Assembly (NCBI GenBank): GCA_947452755.1
Contig: CANGDT010000002.1
Location: 27,909-91,908, forward strand
DNA from: Actinomycetota bacterium
Lineage (GTDB): Bacteria > Actinomycetota > Actinomycetes > S36-B12 > UBA5976
Length of the DNA stretch: 64,000 bases
Direction: 5' to 3'
In this document: piece by piece, positions 50,192 through 60,606 of the stretch
Layout: each line of letters opens with the position of its first letter
Position numbering within the stretch: position 1 is the first letter of the stretch
Position numbers and translations under genes: made by a program
The notes under the pieces: generated by a model
Told to the model about the DNA's origin: nothing
Seen by the model: only the letters and a program-made list of their open reading frames with translations
Databases searched by the model: none

Positions 50192-50619
50192 CAACAAAAA
50201 TTGCGTTCGCAGACGTCGTGGTCGGGTTTGAACTTCCTGAGTTGACTGTGAACTTTACTCGCGAAGGACTTGCTGCCTATGCCCACGCGTCAGGCGACAT
50301 GAATCCAATCCATCAAGACGAAGAAGTCGCAAAATCCGTTGGTTTACCGGACGTGATTTCCCACGGCATGTTGACCATGGGTCGGGCAGTTCGAGTGGTT
50401 ACTGATTGGGTTGGCGATCCAACGGCAGTCATCGAATACTCGGCTCGTATGACTCGACCAGTTGTTGTGCCAAATACAGCTGAAGGTGTACCCGTTACGT
50501 TCACCGGTAAAGTCGCTGCAATCAACGAAGATGGCACAGTGCGTGTTGATATTTCTGCAGTATTCGATGGTCAAACTGTTCTAGGTCAAGCCCGAGCCAC
50601 GGTTCGCCTGTCAGACTAG
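50188..50619 (+). CDS. MaoC-family (R)-specific hydratase/dehydratase (HadB-like)
   Basis: It has the hydratase-2 motif ASGDMNPIHQD and an ATGA overlap with the upstream gene. Confidence 0.8.
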   Translation: MTTKIAFADVVVGFELPELTVNFTREGLAAYAHASGDMNPIHQDEEVAKSVGLPDVISHGMLTMGRAVRVVTDWVGDPTAVIEYSARMTRPVVVPNTAEGVPVTFTGKVAAINEDGTVRVDISAVFDGQTVLGQARATVRLSD

Positions 50620-50623
50620 ACAA

Positions 50624-51631
50624 GTGATGACCACGTCGCTTTCTCACCTCACGACGCTGCGCGTTGGTGGTACACCACGTTCGCTCACTGTGGTGACAAA
50701 TGAAACTGAAATTATTGAGGCAGTCCGCACAGCAGACTTCGAACAGCGACCGATTTTTATTCTTGGTGGCGGTAGCAACATCATTGTGGCCGATGATTTT
50801 GCTGGCGATGTCATCAAAATTGAATCTCGTGGAATCGACAACGATTCAACTGCGTGCGCAGGAGCATGGGTCACAGTTCAAGCAGGACAACCGTGGGATG
50901 AATTTGTTTCACACGCAGTCTCGAATGGTTGGGTTGGAGTTGAAGCTCTTTCGGGAATCCCTGGAACTGTTGGAGCGACCCCCATTCAAAATGTTGGTGC
51001 GTATGGTCAACAAGTTAGCGACACAATCGCTCAAGTGCGTGCCTGGAATCGTGAAACAAACGAAGTGGACACACTGTTCGTTGGGGGATGTGACTTCGGC
51101 TATCGCAGTTCACTTTTTAAGAGCAATCCAGGAAAGTGGGTTGTGCTCAGCATTGTTTTCCAATTGAAGCTCGGAGATCTTTCTACCCCGATTGCCTACC
51201 CCGAGTTAGCCGCACACGTTGGTACCGAAGTTGGTTTGCGAGCCAGCTTGGTTGAAGTTCGCGATGCAGTCCTCGCGCTTCGTCGCAACAAAGGAATGGT
51301 CGTAGACCCTTCCGATCCTGATACGTGGAGTGTTGGATCTTTCTTTTTGAATCCGCGTTCCGAATTAGTACCTGAGGGTGCACCGTCGTGGGAGCAACCC
51401 GACGGTCTTCACAAAATCAGTGCAGCCTGGCTCATCGAACAAGCAGGATTCGGTAAAGGTTTTGGTCTCAATGATCGCGCCACAGTATCCACCAAGCACA
51501 CGCTTGCATTAACTAACCGCGGTGATGCCAGTGCTGCCGATGTACTCGAACTTGCCCAGCACATCCGTGCCGGCGTACAGAACAAGTTTGGCATCGTGCT
51601 CGATATGGAACCACAAATTATTCGTTCGTAA
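50624..51631 (+). CDS. murB: UDP-N-acetylenolpyruvoylglucosamine reductase
   Basis: It has an FAD-binding PCMH domain (LTTLRVGG, ILGGGSNI) and a MurB C-terminal domain (SAAWLIEQAGF). Confidence 0.9.
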   Translation: MMTTSLSHLTTLRVGGTPRSLTVVTNETEIIEAVRTADFEQRPIFILGGGSNIIVADDFAGDVIKIESRGIDNDSTACAGAWVTVQAGQPWDEFVSHAVSNGWVGVEALSGIPGTVGATPIQNVGAYGQQVSDTIAQVRAWNRETNEVDTLFVGGCDFGYRSSLFKSNPGKWVVLSIVFQLKLGDLSTPIAYPELAAHVGTEVGLRASLVEVRDAVLALRRNKGMVVDPSDPDTWSVGSFFLNPRSELVPEGAPSWEQPDGLHKISAAWLIEQAGFGKGFGLNDRATVSTKHTLALTNRGDASAADVLELAQHIRAGVQNKFGIVLDMEPQIIRS

Positions 51632-51635
51632 TTAG

Positions 51636-52013
51636 TTAAAGAGATTTACTTGGTTTCATCAACCAGGCAAAGAATTTTCGATTATTAGCCACGTATCTGT
51701 ATAGGCCAGCGCAAATCCATGAAGCCGGTGGGATGAAAGCATGCCAGCCCACCCACGACCAAAACCCGCCTCGCATGCGCAACACTTTTCCGATTGCCTT
51801 AGCGCCACTCAAAGTCTCAAATCCGTCATCGGTGAACTCCACAAGCCACACCGACCGAGCCAACTGCTCGACAGAGAGTCCAAAGGTTTCAGTGAGACTT
51901 GTGCTCGGTAAATTCACCCAACCTGAAGGCACAATGCGAGCAAGCTTCACAGCCGAACGTTGGCAAAACTCGCATTCACCGTCTGTGATCAGAAGCGCAT
52001 CCATTGCCTGCAC
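51636..52013 (-). CDS. DCC1-like thiol-disulfide oxidoreductase family protein (DUF393)
   Basis: It has the N-terminal DGECEFCQ motif and is 125 aa long. An alternative ATG start lies at 52004. Confidence 0.7.
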   Translation of the reverse strand: MQAMDALLITDGECEFCQRSAVKLARIVPSGWVNLPSTSLTETFGLSVEQLARSVWLVEFTDDGFETLSGAKAIGKVLRMRGGFWSWVGWHAFIPPASWICAGLYRYVANNRKFFAWLMKPSKSL

Positions 52014-53641
52014 TAGCCCATGAAGGGATAGGTGTAGTCCTGCGCCGGAACGAATGTTTCCTTGATACTGCGCGCACTCGTCCAGCGCATTAGGTTCTGT
52101 GGTGCACCAGCCTTGTCGTTCGTACCCGATGCGCGCCCACCACCAAATGGTTGCTGACCAACGACTGCGCCAGTTGGCTTGTCATTGATGTAGAAATTTC
52201 CAGCAGCGAATCGAAGCGCATGACTCATCTCAGTGACTGCCGTGCGATCTTGGGCAATGATGGCCCCAGTAAGCGCGTACGGTGCAATGCTTTCCATTTG
52301 CTCGAGAACTGAACGGTAGTTGTTGTCCTCATAGACGTGAATCGCCAAGACCGGGCCGAAGTATTCAGTAGTGAAGAATTCAGCAGTCGGATCAGTTCCC
52401 AACAGCACTGTTGGGCGAATAAACCAACCCTCGCTCTTGTCGTAGGTTCCGCCGGCAGCAACCGTAATTGACGAATCTGCATGAGCTCGATCAATTGCAC
52501 CAGAGACACGATTGAATGCCTTCTCGTCAATCACTGCAGTCATAAAGTTGCTGAAGTCATTAACGTGTCCCATTTTGATGTTTTCAACTTGATGTAGGAA
52601 GTCATCGCTGATTTGATTCCACACGCTACGTGGAATGTATGCGCGTGATGCGGCAGAACACTTCTGTCCTTGGAATTCGTAGGCGCCGCGAATCATTGCA
52701 ATCTTCAAAGTCTGCGGATCTGCGGATGGGTGAGCAAAGATAAAGTCCTTGCCGCCGGTCTCGCCAACAATGCGTGGGTACGAGCGGTAGTTCGCAATGT
52801 TGTTACCAACTTGCTTCCACAGATGTTGGAACACCGCGGTTGAGCCGGTGAAGTGAATACCGGCCAAGTCTGGGTCAGCGAGTGCAACATCAGACACTGC
52901 AATACCGTCGCCTGTCACCATGTTGATGACACCAGCTGGTAGACCAGCAGCTTCGAGAAGGTCCATGGTCAAAGATGCCGCGACCTGCTGTGTTGCAGAG
53001 GGCTTCCACACAACGGTGTTACCCATCAACGCTGGGGCTGTTGGCAAGTTACCTGCAATCGCTGTGAAGTTGAACGGTGTGATTGCGTACACAAAGCCTT
53101 CAAGTGGACGATGATCCGTGCGGTTCCACACACCAGGTGAAGACACAGGTTGTTCTTCTAAAATCTGTCGCGCAAAGTGAACATTGAATCGCCAAAAATC
53201 GATAAGTTCGCACGCGGCATCAATTTCGGCCTGGAACACTGTCTTTGATTGACCCCACATGGTGGCAGCCAAAATCTTGTTGCGCCATTCAGGTGCCGCT
53301 AACAAATCAGCGGCACGCAAAATTACTGCGGCACGTTCATCGAATGGTAAGTCACGCCAACCTGGTGCGGCTGCTTTCGCTGCGGCTACCGCTGACTTTG
53401 CGTCTTCGTGTGTTGAGTTGCCGGTAACACCTAGTACGCGTGAGTGTTCGTGAGGGCTACGGACCTCGATGCGTTCGCCACCAGCCATCGAACGCTTGCC
53501 GCCAATAACGTTAGTTAGCTCGTGTTGTGTCGTGACGAGCTCGCCGAGTGCTTTCTCAATGCGTGCGCGTTCTGGGCTGCCAGGTGCGTAATTGAGAATC
53601 GGTTCGTTGATTGGTGTGGGAACTTGGGTAACTGCATCCAT
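52013..53641 (-). CDS. pruA: L-glutamate gamma-semialdehyde (1-pyrroline-5-carboxylate) dehydrogenase
   Basis: It is an aldehyde dehydrogenase with ETGGKD and the catalytic FEFQGQKCSA. The 542-aa length is typical of PruA. Confidence 0.85.
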   Translation of the reverse strand: MDAVTQVPTPINEPILNYAPGSPERARIEKALGELVTTQHELTNVIGGKRSMAGGERIEVRSPHEHSRVLGVTGNSTHEDAKSAVAAAKAAAPGWRDLPFDERAAVILRAADLLAAPEWRNKILAATMWGQSKTVFQAEIDAACELIDFWRFNVHFARQILEEQPVSSPGVWNRTDHRPLEGFVYAITPFNFTAIAGNLPTAPALMGNTVVWKPSATQQVAASLTMDLLEAAGLPAGVINMVTGDGIAVSDVALADPDLAGIHFTGSTAVFQHLWKQVGNNIANYRSYPRIVGETGGKDFIFAHPSADPQTLKIAMIRGAYEFQGQKCSAASRAYIPRSVWNQISDDFLHQVENIKMGHVNDFSNFMTAVIDEKAFNRVSGAIDRAHADSSITVAAGGTYDKSEGWFIRPTVLLGTDPTAEFFTTEYFGPVLAIHVYEDNNYRSVLEQMESIAPYALTGAIIAQDRTAVTEMSHALRFAAGNFYINDKPTGAVVGQQPFGGGRASGTNDKAGAPQNLMRWTSARSIKETFVPAQDYTYPFMG

Positions 53642-53685
53642 GTCTACATCCTGACATCTATTTAGTAACGCGACAGAATGGACCC

Positions 53686-54051
53686 ATGAGAGTTTGGTTA
53701 CCCGTTACAGTCGATCAGATTGCGTCGTGGCAGGACAATGGGGAACTGCCAGTTCTGGATGGGTTTGCGGTAACTGCGCAGTGGGCTAGCCAATTTGATG
53801 ATGATGACCCAGAGGTGCTTGAAGACGAGGCATTGCAGGCTGCCGGGACTGGTCAGGCCGTTGTGGTTGTTGAAGCCTCGGCATCGATTGTTGACGACGG
53901 CGCTGGAACTGTTCACCTTGATGGCCCCATTATTAAGAGGCAAATCCAGGCTTTCTTCGCTAAATCGGACCCTGCAGACGAGGTCTTGTCGTGGTTTGGC
54001 CCTACTGAGGCCCTTGAGCTGTTGGATTTCGCCCGAGGCGTAGGCCGGTAG
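53686..54051 (+). CDS. acidic hypothetical protein
   Basis: It is a 121-aa ORF with good coding appearance and no motif I recognise. It is divergent from pruA across a 44-bp spacer. Confidence 0.5.
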   Translation: MRVWLPVTVDQIASWQDNGELPVLDGFAVTAQWASQFDDDDPEVLEDEALQAAGTGQAVVVVEASASIVDDGAGTVHLDGPIIKRQIQAFFAKSDPADEVLSWFGPTEALELLDFARGVGR

Positions 54052-54061
54052 GTCCACATTT

Positions 54062-54088
54062 CTGGCACTCAAATTGACCGAGTGCCAA
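54062..54088. promoter_or_regulatory. CIRCE-like inverted repeat (variant HrcA operator)
   Basis: The sequence cTGGCACTC-N9-GAGTGCCAa has the geometry of TTAGCACTC-N9-GAGTGCTAA, with a compensated A:T to G:C change in each half-site. Confidence 0.6.
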
Positions 54089-54107
54089 AGGACTCGTAGA
54101 TTTGGAG

Positions 54108-54134
54108 TTAGCACCCGCCACCTGCGAGTGCTAA
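54108..54134. promoter_or_regulatory. CIRCE element (HrcA operator) upstream of groES
   Basis: TTAGCACCC-N9-GAGTGCTAA has one mismatch to the CIRCE consensus. It lies 64 nt upstream of the groES GTG. Confidence 0.85.
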
Positions 54135-54197
54135 AGCTGGACTCCACAATGAGCCCAGTCCACGAAATACAAGTCGAGTAACAACAGGAGACAGGCC

Positions 54198-54497
54198 GTG
54201 TCGGTCAACATTAAGCCACTTGAGGATCGCATCCTCGTTCAGTCGTTGGAAGCCGAGCAGACCACTGCGTCAGGTTTGGTTATCCCAGACACCGCCAAGG
54301 AAAAGCCACAAGAGGGCAAGGTAGTTGCTACCGGCCCGGGTCGCTTTGATGAATCAGGCGAAAAGCGCATTCCTTTGGATGTCAAGGTTGGCGACGTAGT
54401 TATCTACTCAAAGTACGGCGGCACCGAAGTTAAGTACCAGGGAACTGAGTACTTGCTATTGGGCGCGCGCGACATTTTGGCAATCGTCGAAAAATAG
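54198..54497 (+). CDS. groES: co-chaperonin GroES
   Basis: The 99-aa protein has the typical sequence ([11 protein letters not shown]...[17 protein letters not shown]). AGGAG lies upstream of the GTG. Confidence 0.95.
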   Translation: MSVNIKPLEDRILVQSLEAEQTTASGLVIPDTAKEKPQEGKVVATGPGRFDESGEKRIPLDVKVGDVVIYSKYGGTEVKYQGTEYLLLGARDILAIVEK

Positions 54498-54500
54498 TCG

Positions 54501-54659
54501 AGCGTAGCGAGACATTTTTCGACGGTGAGTACTGCCGAAAAAGAAATCGCAGGAGCGTAGCGAGACATTTTTCGACGGTGAGTACTGCCGAAAAAGAAAT
54601 CGCAGGAGCGTAGCGAGACATTTTTCGACGGTGAGCACTGCCGAAAAAGTGATCGCTAA
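54501..54659. repeat. three tandem copies of a 53-bp unit, each with an internal hairpin, in the groES-groEL spacer
   Basis: Units begin at 54501, 54554 and 54607. Copies 1 and 2 are identical, and copy 3 diverges at its 3' end. Each contains tttttcgacggtgagtactgccgaaaaa (7 + 4 bp stem, 4-nt loop). Confidence 0.95.
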
Positions 54660-54672
54660 AAAGTAATTTCAC

Positions 54673-54706
54673 GTTAACGCCTCGGCCGATTAGTCGAGGC
54701 GTTAAC
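54673..54706 (+). other. perfect 12-bp stem-loop just upstream of the groEL RBS
   Basis: The stem gttaacgcctcg / cgaggcgttaac encloses a 10-nt loop and is followed by an A/T-rich stretch (taattaa) with no clean U-tract. Confidence 0.7.
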
Positions 54707-54713
54707 TAATTAA

Positions 54714-56369
<1,656 letters not shown>

Positions 56370-56378
56370 TTGATGACA

Positions 56379-56420
56379 TGAAGAAGCCCCCGAGATTTCT
56401 CTTGGGGGCTTCTTCATTTT
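56379..56420 (+). terminator. rho-independent terminator of groEL
   Basis: A 17-bp stem (tgaagaagcccccgaga / tcttgggggcttcttca, one G-U pair) with a 4-nt loop is followed by TTTT. Confidence 0.85.
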
Positions 56421-56433
56421 GTGAAGTTGCGAT

Positions 56434-56742
56434 TTAGCTAATTTGCTTCTTCTTTGAATCTTGGCGTGCGTAGTACGCTTCGCGATCGTCTTCGCTCATG
56501 CCGCCCCATACGCCGTATGGCTCGCGGGCTTTGAGTGCTGCTTCGCGGCACTGCATGATGACTGGGCACGTTGCGCAAATTGACTTTGCAATTTGGACGC
56601 GACGTTCGCGGGCTTGGCCACGTTCGCCGTCTGGGTGGTAGAACAAGTCTGAATCCAAGCCACGGCAAGCGCTGTCGAGCTGCCAGTCCCAGAAGTCTGC
56701 ATTAGGTCCGGGTAGTCGTGAAAGATCGGCCATGATGTCCAT
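56434..56742 (-). CDS. whiB3: WhiB-family Fe-S transcriptional regulator (WhiB3/WhiD-like)
   Basis: It has LPGPNADFWDWQL, four Cys (C...CATCPVIMQC) and GVWGG. Its position after groEL matches the Mycobacterium whiB3 locus. An alternative ATG start lies at 56733. Confidence 0.85.
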   Translation of the reverse strand: MDIMADLSRLPGPNADFWDWQLDSACRGLDSDLFYHPDGERGQARERRVQIAKSICATCPVIMQCREAALKAREPYGVWGGMSEDDREAYYARQDSKKKQIS

Positions 56743-56779
56743 CCATTTTGGCTCCGTTGTGGCGCCTTGTTCTCACTAT

Positions 56780-56824
56780 AAAACTTGTTCATTACTTGGT
56801 CAAGTGATTTGATGAACAAGTTTT
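56780..56824. promoter_or_regulatory. 13-bp perfect inverted repeat (candidate operator) in the whiB3 / MerR-like divergent intergenic region
   Basis: The arms aaaacttgttcat and atgaacaagtttt are separated by 19 nt. An inner palindrome, acttg-gt-caagt, lies in the spacer. Confidence 0.4.
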
Positions 56825-56930
56825 GCCCTAAAAATTCCCTTATGGAATATGGTCCACAGGGCAAACCCATTGATTTAGGCGATATATCCCTCGACATGCG
56901 CAATATGGAACTTTCCATGAGACTTAAGTC

Positions 56931-57878
56931 ATGTCGCAGAGCCAGGGTCAGCCAGAGGTGAGTCTCACCATCTCTGCAGTTTCCCGTCGTTTGGGTATCC
57001 CAGCGGACACTTTGCGCACGTGGGGACGCCGATATGGCCTTGGCCCATCGGAGCATCAAACTGGTTCTCACCGTCGCTACACACTTATTGACGTAGCTCG
57101 ACTGGATTACATGAGCCGATTATTGGCCAATGGAATTGCTCCGGTTGATGCCGCACGCCTTGCCATTGCCGAAGATGTTGAAGCTGCCACCTTGCTGCCT
57201 TTGGCCCGTGCCTCACTCAAAGTTGTGGCTGATCTCGATGATGAAAACGTCATCTCGCTAACCGGGCCTCGGGCAAGTATTCGAGGGCTCTTGCGTGCAG
57301 CGAACATGATGGATTCGGCGAAGTGTTCGGCGATCATCGCCAACTTACTGAAGACAGACGGTGTTGTTGCGGCGTGGACAGATGTGTTGTGTCCAGTGCT
57401 TGCCCAACTTGGCGACCAGTGGGCAAAGACTGGCGAAGGTGTGGAAGTAGAACACCTCATATCTGAAGTGGTCGCTAATGAACTGCACAAGATTGTTGAT
57501 GCGCGACCTGATTCTCTGAACGCACGACCTGTTCTGCTAGCAAGCGCACCTCACGAACTTCATACGCTGCCGCTGTACGCCATTGCGGCTGGCCTGGCTG
57601 AACAAAACATTAGTTCGCAGGTTATGGGTGCTCGATTCCCGGCCGATGCACTTGCTGCGGCATGTAAAAAGATTGGTCCAAGTGCCATTGTGATTTGGTC
57701 ACAGACCCAAGGAACAGCCGATAACGCAATCTGGGACGACATTGAAGGTCAACGACCAGAGCCGCTGCGCATGAGTGCCGGGCCTGGATGGAAAGAACCG
57801 CTCCCAGAAGGCGTCGTTCCCACCACCGATTTGCCATCAACCCTACTAACTCTTGCGGTTGCTGCGGGTGTCCGCTAG
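56931..57878 (+). CDS. MerR-family regulator with a C-terminal B12-binding-like domain (LitR/CarH-like)
   Basis: The N-terminal MerR HTH is LTISAVSRRLGIPADTLRTWGRRYG. W-AKTGEGVEV-EH fits Wx9EH. ELHTLP, 36 aa later, fits ExHxx(G) with Pro at the Gly position. Confidence 0.65.
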   Translation: MSQSQGQPEVSLTISAVSRRLGIPADTLRTWGRRYGLGPSEHQTGSHRRYTLIDVARLDYMSRLLANGIAPVDAARLAIAEDVEAATLLPLARASLKVVADLDDENVISLTGPRASIRGLLRAANMMDSAKCSAIIANLLKTDGVVAAWTDVLCPVLAQLGDQWAKTGEGVEVEHLISEVVANELHKIVDARPDSLNARPVLLASAPHELHTLPLYAIAAGLAEQNISSQVMGARFPADALAAACKKIGPSAIVIWSQTQGTADNAIWDDIEGQRPEPLRMSAGPGWKEPLPEGVVPTTDLPSTLLTLAVAAGVR

Positions 57879-57938
57879 CCCGAGCGCAATTTAGTGGCAC
57901 GCCCAGTTCACGGTAGCCTTGGGGAAACAAACGCGTGA

Positions 57939-59441
<1,503 letters not shown>

Positions 59442-59449
59442 GAGAGATC

Positions 59450-60562
59450 ATGACTGACGTAGAGGTAGGTCGCGCCAAGCGCGCACGCGTTGCTTATTCG
59501 TTTGATGATGTGTCACTAGTACCAAGCCGTCGCACGCGCGATATGGAATTGGTTAACCTCAATTGGAAAATTGACGCATACACTTTCAGCCACCCGATCA
59601 TCGCTGCGCCAATGGATTCTGTTGTGTCCCCAGAATCCACGAAGTCGTTTGCGGCAGCGGGCGGTCTTTCGATTTTGAACCTTGAGGGAATTTGGACTCG
59701 TTACGAGGATCCGACTCCCATGCTTGCGGAAATCGCGAAGTTGCCAATTGCGGAAGCAACACGTGCTCTTCAGCGCATCTACTCCGAACCAATTAAGGGT
59801 GAACTCATCACTCGCCGCATCAGTGAATTACGCGATCAGGGCTACACAGTCGCCGGCTCGCTCAGCCCACAACGCACAGCACAGTTTGCACAAGACGTGG
59901 TTAAGGCTGGCGTTGATATCTTCGTCATTCGTGGAACAACCGTCAGTGCAGAGCATGTCAGCGAAGGTGGCGATGTTCTCAACCTGAAGGAATTCATCTA
60001 CAAGCTAGATGTCCCAGTCATCGTTGGTGGTTGCGCAACGTACACCGCAGCACTTCACCTAATGCGCACAGGCGCAGCAGGCGTACTTGTTGGTTTCGGT
60101 GGAGGTGCTGCACACACAACGCGCGACGTTCTCGGCGTGCGGGTACCAATGGCAAGCGCGGTTGCGGATGTCGCTGCTGCCCGTCGTGACTACATGGATG
60201 AATCAGGTGGCCGTTACGTTTCAGTAATCGCCGATGGCTCAATGGGTCGAAGTGGCGATGTCGCAAAGGCAATTGCACTGGGCGCAGACGCAGTAGTTGT
60301 CGGTTCAGCTTTTGCCCGAGCAACAGATGCACCAGGTCAAGGCCGTCACTGGGGTCTTGAAGCCACTCATCCAGATTTGCCTCGTGGAGAAATGGTTGAG
60401 CTTGGCACTGCTGGAACACTCAGCGAAATTTTGTCGGGACCTTCACATACTGCGGACGGCACCATGAATCTGATTGGTGCGCTTCGTCGTGCAATGGCAA
60501 CTTGTGGGTACCAGGATCTCAAGGAATTCCAGCGCTGTGAAGTAGTGGTTACACCTAACTAG
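59450..60562 (+). CDS. guaB3: GuaB3-family IMP dehydrogenase-related protein
   Basis: It is an IMPDH-like barrel without CBS domains, immediately after guaB as in Mycobacterium. Confidence 0.85.
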   Translation: MTDVEVGRAKRARVAYSFDDVSLVPSRRTRDMELVNLNWKIDAYTFSHPIIAAPMDSVVSPESTKSFAAAGGLSILNLEGIWTRYEDPTPMLAEIAKLPIAEATRALQRIYSEPIKGELITRRISELRDQGYTVAGSLSPQRTAQFAQDVVKAGVDIFVIRGTTVSAEHVSEGGDVLNLKEFIYKLDVPVIVGGCATYTAALHLMRTGAAGVLVGFGGGAAHTTRDVLGVRVPMASAVADVAAARRDYMDESGGRYVSVIADGSMGRSGDVAKAIALGADAVVVGSAFARATDAPGQGRHWGLEATHPDLPRGEMVELGTAGTLSEILSGPSHTADGTMNLIGALRRAMATCGYQDLKEFQRCEVVVTPN

Positions 60563-60606
60563 TCAGACCGCAGGTGAAACGGCAATTTTGCTTCTAGTCT
60601 GGTGTT

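Noticed and set aside
54430-54672. Two minus-strand ORFs (80 and 60 aa) and a possible CRISPR-like array in the groES-groEL spacer.
   Set aside because: The ORFs are just the 53-bp repeat read through, and their peptides repeat FFGS.HRRKMSRYA. The units are contiguous with no unique spacers, so this is a tandem repeat and not a CRISPR array.
56496-57071. A 191-aa minus-strand ORF spanning whiB3, the intergenic region and the start of the MerR-like gene.
   Set aside because: It is out of frame with the well-supported whiB3 and crosses a palindromic intergenic region. I see no recognisable motif.
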